DNA of 64,000 nucleotides from an uncultured Gemmatimonadales bacterium (GTDB lineage Bacteria; Gemmatimonadota; Gemmatimonadetes; Longimicrobiales; RSA9): NCBI GenBank assembly GCA_963798085.1, contig CAWCRS010000007.1, positions 1,376,001 to 1,440,000 of the forward strand, read 5' to 3'. Shown piece by piece: positions 54,915 to 64,000 of this stretch (position 1 is its first letter; each line of letters starts with the position of its first letter). The notes under the pieces were generated by a model. It saw only the letters and a program-made list of their open reading frames with translations, ran no database searches and was not told where the DNA came from. The position numbers and the translations under genes were made by a program.

Positions 54915-56580
54915 TTAGAACAGCCCCGTGATCGTCCCGTCGGGCGCCAGCCGCATTCCCTCGGCGGCGGGTCGTCGCGGCAGACCAGGCATGGTCATGA
55001 TGTCGCCGGTGTGCGCGACCACGAAGCCGGCGCCGGCGGAAGGCGTGACGGAGCGGACGGTGATGCGGAAGCCGGTCGGTCGCCCGCGGAGTGAAGGGTC
55101 GTCCGAGAAGGAGTACTGCGTCTTGGCCATGCAGACGGGCACATCGCGCAGGCCGATCTTCTCGAGGCGTTCGATCTCGCGCAGCGCCTGTGCCTGGAAG
55201 TTCACGCCATCGGCGCCGTAAATCTGTGTGGCGATCGTCTCGATCTTCGTGGCGAGCGGCTGGTTCGTGTCGTACAGCGGGTGGAAGTCCGCACGCCCGC
55301 TTTCCGCCATGGCCATGACGGCGCTGGCCAGCTCGAGTGCGCCTTCGCCACCACGCGCGTGCACATCGGCGACCGACGCCGGCGTGTCCATGGCCTCGCA
55401 GGCATTCGAGCACGACCTGCATTTCGGCCTGTGAGTCCGACGCGAAACGATTCAGCGCAACAATGGGTGGCACACCGAACCGGCGCACGTTCTCGACGTG
55501 GCGGGTCAGATTGCCCACGCCTTTGCGCACGGCCTCGACATTCTCCGCCCCGAGTGCGCTCAGCGCCACGCCGCCGTGCATCTTGAGTGCGCGGATGGTG
55601 GCCACCACCACCGCGACGGCAGGCCGCAGCCCCGCCGTGCGGCACTTGATGTCGAAGAACTTCTCCGCGCCCAGGTCCGCGCCGAAGCCGGCCTCGGTCA
55701 CGACCACGTCGGCCAGACTCAGCGCCGTGGTGGTGGCAATCACGGAGTTGCAGCCGTGGGCGATGTTGCCGAACGGGCCCGCGTGAATGAACGCGGGCGT
55801 GCCGCCCAGCGTCTGCACCAGGTTCGGCAGAATGGCATCCTTGAGCAGCAGTGTCATGGCGCCCTGCGCGCCCAGCTGCAGCGCACGCACCGGCTCGAAG
55901 CTGCGATCGTAACCCACAATGATGCGGCCCAGGCGGTCTTCGAGATCCGAACGGTCACGGGCCAGCGCGAAGATGGCCATGATCTCGGATGCGGCGGTGA
56001 TGAGGTAGCCATCCTCGCGTGGTACGCCATTGGGCGCGCCGCCCAGTCCTACCACGATGTTACGAAGCGCGCGATCGTTCATGTCGATGGCGCGCTTCCA
56101 GGTGATGCGGCGCGCGTCGACGCCCAGCTCGTTGCCCTGCTGCAGGTGATTGTCCAGCATCGCGGCCAGCAGCGCGTGCGCCGTCGTGACCGCGTGGAAA
56201 TCGCCCGTGAAGTGCAGGTTGATGTCTTCCATGGGCACGACCTGCGCGTGGCCGCCACCGGTCGCGCCGCCCTTGATGCCGAACACCGGGCCCAGGCTGG
56301 GCTGGCGCAGGCATAACGCCACGTTGCGACCGGCCAGCCGCAGCCCGTCCGCCAGACCCACGCACACCGTCGACTTGCCTTCACCCGCCGGTGTCGGGTT
56401 GATCCCGGTTACCAGAACCAGCGTGCCCGGCTGCGGCCGGGGCGTGATCGCATCAGTCCTCACCTTCGCCTTGTAGGTGCCATACAACTCGAGGGCCGAT
56501 GCGGGGACGCCCAGCATCCCGGCGATTTCGGTGATCGGACGGAGCTTCGCAGCCTGCGCGATTTCGATGTCGGTCTGCAT
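54915..56580 (-). CDS. fhs: Formate--tetrahydrofolate ligase (apparent +1 frameshift near 55396)
   Basis: [46 protein letters not shown] and IMTMPGLP. Confidence 0.96.
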
Positions 56581-56830
56581 GATCTCTCAACGCTGGTGCT
56601 AAGGCAGCCCCGCCGGCAGCGCGCGCGGCAAGTGCTGGCTCCCGCCTTGCGCGCGATCCCAGCAAGGCGGCGGAACCCGCGGCGGCCCGGAGCGGGCGGT
56701 AAGATACGGCCGGCAGCGGCGGATTCAACCCGCACGCGCATGCAGGATCGGTGGCCGCGCGCTCCGGCCGTACGCGATGCCCCCGCCGGGACGGCGTTCT
56801 CGCGTCGAAGGCTGCCCCGCTCGATTCGCT

Positions 56831-56857
56831 GAAACCCGGGCGCGGGCACCCGCGTAA
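56831..56857 (+). promoter_or_regulatory. Possible ECF-sigma promoter of the outer-membrane protein gene
   Basis: GAAACC-N16-CGTAA fits the generic ECF AAC/CGT pattern. Confidence 0.3.
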
Positions 56858-56933
56858 GGGCGGGCGTTCCCGATCCGTTTCGAGAGGAATTCGTTCCTCG
56901 CGTACGCACGAGATCCGCGCTTCAGGAGGCTCC

Positions 56934-58640
56934 ATGCGCGCGCTCACCGTTACGCTGGCGTTGCTCGCATTCGCTCGGTATGCCAGCGGCCAGAGACCCG
57001 ATCTCCATCGTTCCGGTCTGCCCCGGCAGGAAGCGCGTCGGCTCGAGGCCGTGATCGATGACCCCGCCACGCATCGCTTCGATGGCGATGCCACGATTGC
57101 CACGGACGAAGTCATTGAAGGCGACGTCTTCGTGTATCGTGGGCTGCTCACCCTGCGCGGTACGGTGCGCGGTCAGCTCGTCGTGGTCGACGGCGATGTC
57201 GTGTTCGAGCGCGGCGCCGAGGTCACGGGCGATGTGACCGTGGTCGGCGGCTCCGCAAGAGGCGGCGACAACGCGCGCCTCGCGGGTGCGCTCACGGAGT
57301 ACGGTGAAGGCTTCGGCCTGCTGGCGCGCGCCCGCGATCTGCACGAGGGCGGCGACGTCTGGCGCAGCGGTCGCCACTGGGAGGGCAATCACAGGTACGC
57401 CGACCGGCGCCAGGACATGGGCAGCGCCGGCTTCTCGCTGTCCATTGATCGCAACTACAACCGCGTCGAGGGACTGCCGTATCGCATGGGTCCGGACCTG
57501 CGCACGGGCGGGCCGTTCGCCACGCGGCTGGCCGCGTTCGCCATCTGGCGCTCCGATGTCGGGCCGCTCACCAACACCGAGCGCATGGGCTACGTCGCCC
57601 GCGTCGAGCAGTTCGTGGGCACGCCGGCCCTGCGCCTGGGCGCTTCCGTGCGCAGCACCATCGACCCCATGGAGTCGTGGACGATCACGGACCTCGAGGC
57701 CACGCTTGCCACGGTCGTTTTCCACGAGGATCAGCGCGACTACTACCAGCGCGAAGGCTGGAGCGGCTACCTCCGTCTCGCGCCCGAACGCAGTCCGCTC
57801 GACCTGACCGTCGAGTACCGCGACGAGACGCAGCGCAGCGCGGCGGCGCGCGACCCCTGGACCGTGCTCCACACCGATGCGCTGTGGCGCAATCAGCCGC
57901 TCGCGGGGGAGGGAAGACTGCGCACCCTCAACGGCACAGCCATCTGGGATGCGCGTCACGGCGATGACTTCACGTCCCGTGGCTTCTACATGCGTGCGGA
58001 CATGGTGCACGGACTCAGTGGCTCGCTGGCGCTGCCCGCAGCCGAGCGTGAAACCGGCGAACCACTCGCCGCACGCGCTTTCGACAATCAGTTCACGGCC
58101 GGCCAGATCGACATCCGCCGCTATGCGCCCCTCGGATGGGAGGGCGCCCTCGCCTTCCGCGCCGTGGCCGGCGGCTCGTTCGATCAGACGCCGCTCGCGC
58201 CGCAGTACCAGCACGCGCTGGGCGGCGCCAACACGCTGCCAGGCTACCCGCTGATGAGCGTCGATTGCGGCGCCCGCACCGCGCCCGTCCGTCTGACCAA
58301 CGGATCGCAGACGACGATGTTCTTTCCATCCTACGGCTGCGATCGCTTCGCTCTCTTCCAGGCCGAGTACCGCGGCGGACTCGACTTCCACATCGGCGGC
58401 GACGAGGTCGAACACTACGATCGCAGCCCGCACTTCGACGCCAGCGTCAACTGGACCGTGTTCTTCGACGCCGCGCGTGGCTGGACCGTGGGCGACCTCA
58501 CGGAGCGCACCAGCACCGGCACCCTGTACGACGTGGGCGCCGGCGTGATCCTCGGCGGCTTCGGCGTCTACGGCGCGGTCCCGCTCACCGGCGACAGCCG
58601 CGAACTGCGCGTCTTCCTCCGCCTCGGTCCGCGCTTCTGA
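56934..58640 (+). CDS. Outer-membrane beta-barrel protein (Omp85-like) with N-terminal bactofilin-like beta-helix repeats
   Basis: AGGAGG RBS; signal peptide; I/VxGDV repeats; YNRVEG; LGGANTLPGY; C-terminal Phe beta-signal. Confidence 0.65.
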   Translation: MRALTVTLALLAFARYASGQRPDLHRSGLPRQEARRLEAVIDDPATHRFDGDATIATDEVIEGDVFVYRGLLTLRGTVRGQLVVVDGDVVFERGAEVTGDVTVVGGSARGGDNARLAGALTEYGEGFGLLARARDLHEGGDVWRSGRHWEGNHRYADRRQDMGSAGFSLSIDRNYNRVEGLPYRMGPDLRTGGPFATRLAAFAIWRSDVGPLTNTERMGYVARVEQFVGTPALRLGASVRSTIDPMESWTITDLEATLATVVFHEDQRDYYQREGWSGYLRLAPERSPLDLTVEYRDETQRSAAARDPWTVLHTDALWRNQPLAGEGRLRTLNGTAIWDARHGDDFTSRGFYMRADMVHGLSGSLALPAAERETGEPLAARAFDNQFTAGQIDIRRYAPLGWEGALAFRAVAGGSFDQTPLAPQYQHALGGANTLPGYPLMSVDCGARTAPVRLTNGSQTTMFFPSYGCDRFALFQAEYRGGLDFHIGGDEVEHYDRSPHFDASVNWTVFFDAARGWTVGDLTERTSTGTLYDVGAGVILGGFGVYGAVPLTGDSRELRVFLRLGPRF

Positions 58641-58708
58641 CCGGACTCGTCACGCGGAGGGCGCAGAGGGCCGAGGCATACTTGCGCGACATTTTCTGAA
58701 TTGAACGA

Positions 58709-58749
58709 CAAGGGAATCGGCCATCGCTACACGGTGGCCGATTCCCTTG
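58709..58749 (+). terminator. 18-bp hairpin downstream of the OMP gene
   Basis: CAAGGGAATCGGCCATCG-ctaca-CGGTGGCCGATTCCCTTG with one G-U pair; no U tract. Confidence 0.5.
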
Positions 58750-59031
58750 CCTGCGAATGGATTGTTAGGGCGCCCGTGGCATGAGGCGGGTCGGTCCGCC
58801 AGGATATGCAGGCAACCGCACCCCACCCAGCCCAACCCTGCACGGGTGCCCTTGCCCGCGCCTGACCCCTGAACCTTGCCCTTACCCTGACCCGTCCCCC
58901 GTGAGCACGCTGTACAAGAAACAGAATTGTACGGCCAAAGGAGAGAGGGGCAGGGAAGAGAAGGCATTCAGCAGATCGAGCATCCTGGCGTATTCTGTTG
59001 CGGGATCCCGCGGTCTTGTGCAGTGTGAAGC

Positions 59032-60483
59032 ATGGCAATCGATCAAGGCATGCGTGTGCGCTTCGCGCCTTCGCCTACGGGGTTTCTGCACGTGGGTGGC
59101 GCGCGCACTGCGCTGTTCAACTGGCTGCTGGCGAGGCATGCAGGTGGTGTCTTCATCCTGCGCATCGAAGACACGGACAAGGAGCGGTCCAGCGCGCCCA
59201 TGACGCAGGCGATCCTGGATGGGTTGCGGTGGCTGGGGCTGGACTGGGACGAGGGGCCGTTCTTCCAGGCGGCGGGGCTGGAGCGACATCGCCATGATGC
59301 CATGCGCATGCTGGACACGGGTACAGCCTACCGCTGCTTCTGTACGCCGGAACAGCTCGAGGCGAGGCGAGGCAGCGCCGATGGCGCGTTCCGCTACGAC
59401 CGGTACTGCCTGAGGAACGTCACGCCCGCGGCGGCGGAACGGCGCGCCGCCGCGGGTGAGCTGTTCACTGTGCGCTACCGCGTGCCCGAAGGCGTGACCG
59501 CGTGGGAAGACGCGGTGCACGGTCGCATCGAATTCGCTAACAGCGAGATCGAAGATTTCATTGTGCTGCGCTCGGATGGCACGCCCATCTACAACATGGC
59601 TGTGGTCAGCGACGATGCGGCCATGCGCGTGACGCACGTGATCCGCGGCGACGATCACATCTCGAACACACCCAAGCAGATCCTGCTGTACCAGGCGCTG
59701 GGCTTCGTGCTGCCTGTGTTCGGCCATGTGCCCATCATCCTGGGCCCGGATGGCCGCAAGCTGTCCAAGCGCCACGGCGCCACGGCGCTGGCGGAGTACC
59801 GGAATCAGGGAATCCTCCCGGATGCAATGTTCAACTTCCTCGCGCTCCTGGGCTGGTCACCGGGTACCGACGAGGAAGTCTTCACGCGCGTCGCGCTGAT
59901 CGAGCGGTTCTCACTCGCGGGCATCAATCGCAAGAGCGCGATCTTCGACACGCGCAAGCTCTCCTGGCTGAACGGCCAGCATTCGAATCGCCTGTCCGCT
60001 GAGGCACTGGCGAAGCCGGTGTTGTCGCTGGCTCCGCAGAGCGTGCGTGAGCACGCGGCGGGAGCGGAAGCCCGCGCGCGCACACTGCGGCTCATTGATC
60101 TGCTCAAGGTGCGTGCGCGCGGACTCGACGACATTGCCGCGCAGCTCGCGCGCTACCTGGCCGCCGATTTGGCGTACGATGACGACGCGGTGCAGAAGCA
60201 CTGGAAGCAGCCGGAACAGGTGGCCGCGCGGCTGGGCGCACTGCGCAAACAGCTGGCGGCTGCGCCCGCCTGGACCGAGGCGCAGCTCGAATCATTGCTG
60301 CGCGCGCTGGCCGATGCGCAGGGAGTCGGAGCCGGACAGTTCATCCATCCGCTGCGCGTCGCGCTCACCGGCCAGGCCGTCTCGCCCGGCATCTTCGAGC
60401 TGGCCGCTGCTCTCGGACAGGAACTGACGCTCGCACGCATCGATGCAGCCATAGGGCGACTGCTCGCGGCCGCATCGACCTGA
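59032..60483 (+). CDS. gltX: Glutamate--tRNA ligase
   Basis: RFAPSPTGFLHVGG, LRIEDTD, THVIRGDDH and KLSKRHG. Confidence 0.97.
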   Translation: MAIDQGMRVRFAPSPTGFLHVGGARTALFNWLLARHAGGVFILRIEDTDKERSSAPMTQAILDGLRWLGLDWDEGPFFQAAGLERHRHDAMRMLDTGTAYRCFCTPEQLEARRGSADGAFRYDRYCLRNVTPAAAERRAAAGELFTVRYRVPEGVTAWEDAVHGRIEFANSEIEDFIVLRSDGTPIYNMAVVSDDAAMRVTHVIRGDDHISNTPKQILLYQALGFVLPVFGHVPIILGPDGRKLSKRHGATALAEYRNQGILPDAMFNFLALLGWSPGTDEEVFTRVALIERFSLAGINRKSAIFDTRKLSWLNGQHSNRLSAEALAKPVLSLAPQSVREHAAGAEARARTLRLIDLLKVRARGLDDIAAQLARYLAADLAYDDDAVQKHWKQPEQVAARLGALRKQLAAAPAWTEAQLESLLRALADAQGVGAGQFIHPLRVALTGQAVSPGIFELAAALGQELTLARIDAAIGRLLAAAST

Positions 60484-60512
60484 GCCGGCCCGCCACAGCA
60501 TGCGGCTGCGGC

Positions 60513-60542
60513 TTGACGATGTGCGCAGCCCATGGTTAGCAT
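60513..60542 (+). promoter_or_regulatory. Sigma70 promoter of tRNA-Gln
   Basis: TTGACG-N18-TAGCAT just upstream of the tRNA. Confidence 0.55.
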
Positions 60543-60551
60543 TGGACGCGA

Positions 60552-60624
60552 TGCCCCTTGGTGTAACTGGCAACACGCCTGACTCTGGATCAGGAGAGTC
60601 CTGGTTCGAGCCCAGGAGGGGCAA
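60552..60624 (+). tRNA. tRNA-Gln(CTG)
   Basis: Acceptor TGCCCCT/AGGGGCA; anticodon arm CCTGA-CTCTGGA-TCAGG; T arm CCTGG-TTCGAGC-CCAGG. CCA not encoded. Confidence 0.95.
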
Positions 60625-60687
60625 TTCGAAGCGCGACGCGGTGTCGCGCGAAGGTGGCCGCCGCAGCAGGCGGCCCCGGATGACGAA

Positions 60688-60720
60688 GCGGGGCGCGAGT
60701 CGAAATCGCTCGCGCCCCGC
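60688..60720 (+). terminator. 12-bp GC hairpin after tRNA-Gln
   Basis: GCGGGGCGCGAG / CTCGCGCCCCGC with a weak T tail. Confidence 0.55.
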
Positions 60721-60755
60721 GTTCATTCCAGTCCGCACGACGTTTTCGAAAGCCC

Positions 60756-61484
60756 ATGGAACCCCTCACCGAACTGGAGCGCAAGGTTCTCGATTTCATG
60801 ATCGAGTACCTGCGCCGCAACACCTATCAGCCGTCGGTCCGCGAGATCTGCGCGGCGCTGGGCATACGCAGCACCCGCAAGGCCTCGGAGCTGCTGCAGT
60901 CATTGGAGGCAAAACAATGGATCGAGCGCACACCCTCGCGCTCGCGCGGCGTGCGCGTGCTCGGTCTGGTGCCTGACGAAGGTGCCGCACCGCCCGGCGA
61001 CGCCTGCCCCGAATACCGTGATGCCGAACCCGGTGATGCACACTGGATGCAATGCGCACTCGAGCATGCGCGCGCCGCGGCCGCGGTTCAGGAAGTGCCC
61101 GTGGGTGCTGTGCTCGTGCACGACGGGCGCATCATTGCTGACAGCCACAACCTGACTCGCACCATGACCGATCCCACGGCGCACGCGGAACTGGTGACGA
61201 TCCGCCGTGCCGCCATGCTCGACGGTCACGTCCGGCTGCTGGATGCCACGCTCTACGTCACGCTCGAGCCCTGCGCCATGTGCGCCGGTGCGATCGTGCT
61301 CGCGAAGGTCGGCCGCCTCGTCTACGGCGCCGCCGACCCCAAGACCGGCATGTGCGGCTCCCTCGCCTGCATCGTGCAGGACCGCCGCCTCAACCACCGC
61401 GTCCGCCTCACCCGCGGCGTCCTCGCCCAGGAGACCGGTGAAGTATTGCGGCAGTTCTTCCGCGAGCGACGCGGTCCGGATTGA
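60756..61484 (+). CDS. tadA: LexA-type DNA-binding domain fused to tRNA adenosine(34) deaminase
   Basis: aa 1-70 are a LexA winged helix (LTELERKVLDF, PSVREIC, IERTPSRSRGVR). aa 94-242 are TadA (EVPVGA, PTAHAE, TLEPCAMC, LNH). Confidence 0.85.
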   Translation: MEPLTELERKVLDFMIEYLRRNTYQPSVREICAALGIRSTRKASELLQSLEAKQWIERTPSRSRGVRVLGLVPDEGAAPPGDACPEYRDAEPGDAHWMQCALEHARAAAAVQEVPVGAVLVHDGRIIADSHNLTRTMTDPTAHAELVTIRRAAMLDGHVRLLDATLYVTLEPCAMCAGAIVLAKVGRLVYGAADPKTGMCGSLACIVQDRRLNHRVRLTRGVLAQETGEVLRQFFRERRGPD

Positions 61485-61487
61485 ACT

Positions 61488-61771
61488 TCAAAGGCGTTGC
61501 TGGAGCTGGTTGCTGGGGCTGGTTGCTCGGGAACGGCTCGAATCGAGCGCGCGCCAGCGCACGCCTGGTTCCTAACGGACAATTATGGCTGCTGCTCTAA
61601 CGGCGCGTTTCGATCCGTTCGCACTTCCGGGCAACCTGCCCGGGCAATGCGGTTGAATCCGTCTTGTCGTTCCCGAGCAACCAGCCCGAGCAAACCAGCC
61701 GCAGCAACGCCGTTGATTCCGTACGTGTCGTTCCCCGAGCAACGAGCCCGAGCCCCAGCCCCAGCAAGGCG
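61488..61771. repeat. Degenerate ~60-bp intergenic repeat family, locus B (one inverted and two tandem units)
   Basis: Minus unit about 61488-61546; plus units 61652-61711 and 61712-61771 (gttga.tccgt...cgttcccgagcaac.agcccgagc). Confidence 0.8.
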
Positions 61772-61822
61772 TCTGGTTCCCGGACGATCCCGGCGCGGGA
61801 GCCGAATTCGCAGTTCCGGGCG

Positions 61823-61852
61823 TTGACAGCCCAGCCGTCCGGACGCTACCGT
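61823..61852 (+). promoter_or_regulatory. Sigma70 promoter of pyrRBC
   Basis: TTGACA-N18-TACCGT. Confidence 0.55.
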
Positions 61853-61885
61853 ACCAGCCGTTTCCGCCCCACGACACCGGACCGG

Positions 61886-62443
61886 ATGGCTGAGGCGCAG
61901 CGGCTGCTGCTCATGGATGAAAGGGCCGTCGAGCGAACACTCGCTCGCATGGCTCGCGAGATCGTCGAGCTCAACCAGGGCGTCGCGGGTCTCGCCATCG
62001 TCGGCATCCAGCGCCGCGGTGTTCACCTGGCCCATCGCATTGCCGATGAGGTCGAGCGCGCGGAAGGCGTGCGCCCCTCGTTCGGCACCCTCGATATTAC
62101 CCTCTATCGCGATGATCTGACGGCCATCGGCCCGCGGCCCGTCCTCGGGCAGACCAGTCTGCCCGCTGTCGGACTCGATGGCCAGCGCGTGGTCATTGTG
62201 GACGACGTGTGCTACACGGGCCGCACGGCGCGCGCGGCACTCGATGAGCTGGCGGACTTCGGACGGCCGGCGCGCATCGTCCTGTGCGTGCTCGTGGATC
62301 GCGGCGGGCGCGAGCTGCCGATCCAGCCGGACATCGTGGGGCGACACGTGGAAGTCGCGCCGCGGCAGCGCGTCGACGTGCTCGTGCCCGAGCTGGATGG
62401 ACGCCTGGCCGTCGTGCTGAGCACACGGGAGGCTTCGTCGTGA
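61886..62443 (+). CDS. pyrR: Pyrimidine operon regulator / uracil phosphoribosyltransferase
   Basis: [31 protein letters not shown] and [14 protein letters not shown]. Confidence 0.95.
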   Translation: MAEAQRLLLMDERAVERTLARMAREIVELNQGVAGLAIVGIQRRGVHLAHRIADEVERAEGVRPSFGTLDITLYRDDLTAIGPRPVLGQTSLPAVGLDGQRVVIVDDVCYTGRTARAALDELADFGRPARIVLCVLVDRGGRELPIQPDIVGRHVEVAPRQRVDVLVPELDGRLAVVLSTREASS

Positions 62444-63411
62444 GCGCGCTGCCCACGTTCCTGGGCAAGGACCTCGTGGGCCTGGAGCCGCTCAGCGCGA
62501 GCCCAGATCCTCGCCATTCTGGACACTGCCGAAGCCTTCAAGGAAATCAGCGAGCGCCCATCAAGAAGGTGCCGGTGCTGCGCGGCAAGACCATCGTCAA
62601 TCTGTTCTTCGAGGCTTCGACGCGGACGCGCATTTCCTTCGAGTTCGCGGAAAAGCGACTTTCCGCGGACACCGTGAACATCGCGGCGCAGGGCTCGAGC
62701 GTGAGCAAGGGCGAGACGCTGGTGGACACGGCGAGGAACCTCGAGGCCATGCGCATCGACATGGTAGTGATCCGTCACGGCTCCAGCGGTGCCGCGCGTT
62801 TTCTGGCGGATCGCATTCCCTCGAATGTGATCAATGCCGGCGACGGCCGGCACGAGCATCCGACGCAGGCGCTGCTCGATCTGCTGACCATACGGGATCA
62901 CCGCCGTCGCATCGCCGGATTGCGCGTGTGCCTGATGGGCGACGTGCTCCACTCCCGCGTGGCGCGCTCCAATATCTGGGGCCTGCTGCGGCTGGGCGCG
63001 GAAGTGGCCGTCTGCGCGCCGCGCACGCTGCTGCCTGCGGCCATCGAAGACATGGGCGTGCTGGTGTTCGATCGCATCGAGGCGGCACTGGAATGGGCCG
63101 ATGTGCTGAACGTGCTTCGTCTGCAGCTGGAACGCATGCAGGCCGGTTTCGTGCCCAGCCTGCGCGAGTACAACAGGCTGTTTGGGGTGACCCGCGAGCG
63201 CATTGAGCGGACCGGCCGCGACCTGCTGATTCTGCATCCCGGTCCCATGAACCGCGGCGTCGAGATCGACAGCGATGTGGCGGATGGCCCGCACGCCGTG
63301 ATCCTGGATCAGGTCACGAATGGCGTGGCCGTGCGCATGGCCGTGCTCTTCCTGCTGGCCGGCGGCATGCCCGAGCGTGCGGAAGCGGCGAAAGGAGAAG
63401 GCGGCACGTGA
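62440..63411 (+). CDS. pyrB: Aspartate carbamoyltransferase (compensating +1/-1 shifts near 62499 and 62558)
   Basis: [34 protein letters not shown] and [11 protein letters not shown]. Confidence 0.96.
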   Translation: MSALPTFLGKDLVGLEPLSASPDPRHSGHCRSLQGNQRAPIKKVPVLRGKTIVNLFFEASTRTRISFEFAEKRLSADTVNIAAQGSSVSKGETLVDTARNLEAMRIDMVVIRHGSSGAARFLADRIPSNVINAGDGRHEHPTQALLDLLTIRDHRRRIAGLRVCLMGDVLHSRVARSNIWGLLRLGAEVAVCAPRTLLPAAIEDMGVLVFDRIEAALEWADVLNVLRLQLERMQAGFVPSLREYNRLFGVTRERIERTGRDLLILHPGPMNRGVEIDSDVADGPHAVILDQVTNGVAVRMAVLFLLAGGMPERAEAAKGEGGT

Positions 63412-64000
63412 TCGAGATGGATGCGCTGCTGCGCAGTGCGTCACGGCCGCGGCCACTGTTGCTGCGCGGCGGCCGCGTGGTCGATCCCTCGACGGGCACG
63501 GACGAAGTGGCCGACCTGCTGCTGCGTGACGGCGAGGTCGCAGCCATGGGTCGTGATCTTGGCTCGACCGACGGCGCGGATGTGCGCGAGGTTCGCGGCC
63601 TGGTGGTGTGCCCGGGGCTGATCGACCTGCACGTGCACCTGCGCGAACCGGGCGGCGAGCACAAGGAAACGATCGCCACAGGCGCGCGCGCCGCTGCCGC
63701 GGGCGGCTACACCAGTGTCTGCGCCATGCCCAACACGGACCCGCCGGTCGACGATCCCGCCGCCGTCGGATTCGTGCGCGCGGAAGGCCTGCGCTCCGGC
63801 GCCGCGCGCGTCTATCCGGTCGGCTGCATCTCCGTGGGCCAGAAAGGCGAGCGCCTGGCCCTCGTCGGTGAGATGGTGGAGGCCGGTGCCGTCGCCATCA
63901 CCGATGATGGCAGGCCGGTGAGCGATTCCGGTCTCATGCGGCTGGCACTCGCCTACGCACGCACCATGGGTATCCCCGTGGCCAGCCACTGCGAGGAGCT
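63408..64000 (+). CDS. pyrC: Dihydroorotase, 3'-truncated by window edge
   Basis: Manual translation from GTG 63408 gives [39 protein letters not shown] and TDDG. Confidence 0.93.
   Translation, partial: MIEMDALLRSASRPRPLLLRGGRVVDPSTGTDEVADLLLRDGEVAAMGRDLGSTDGADVREVRGLVVCPGLIDLHVHLREPGGEHKETIATGARAAAAGGYTSVCAMPNTDPPVDDPAAVGFVRAEGLRSGAARVYPVGCISVGQKGERLALVGEMVEAGAVAITDDGRPVSDSGLMRLALAYARTMGIPVASHCEE

Noticed and set aside
56581..56930. ZTP or THF riboswitch upstream of fhs
   Set aside because: No recognisable consensus, such as the ZTP CGCCTGGG 3' stem, on the minus strand.
61488..61771. CRISPR array
   Set aside because: The units are degenerate and mixed in orientation, lack unique spacers, and there are no cas genes.

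Overview
GC-rich bacterial chromosome segment. Gene content and protein style suggest Gemmatimonadota (inference). It is mostly housekeeping: rsmI, a DUF4159/DUF4175-like/TPR operon, JAB-DinG, valS, selA, gmhB, erpA, nadA, purNH, cls, pntAB, ccmABCDEFGH, fhs, gltX, pyrRBC, tRNA-Ser(TGA) and tRNA-Gln(CTG). A more accessory stretch runs from about 26 to 44 kb. About 15 single-base indels break otherwise intact genes and look like long-read errors. No integrase, transposase, prophage or CRISPR array was seen. Four signals stand out. (1) A stand-alone 246-aa protein with the catalytic motifs of edema factor/CyaA/ExoY class II nucleotidyl cyclases and no delivery domain; it ends 4 nt upstream of nadE and is divergent from a GGDEF-EAL gene. 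(2) An in-frame fusion of a LexA DNA-binding domain to a TadA adenosine deaminase. (3) A candidate highly structured ncRNA (216-nt core) with its own promoter and terminator. (4) A family of ~60-bp intergenic repeats at two loci. All family calls come from motif recognition by eye; no database searches were run.
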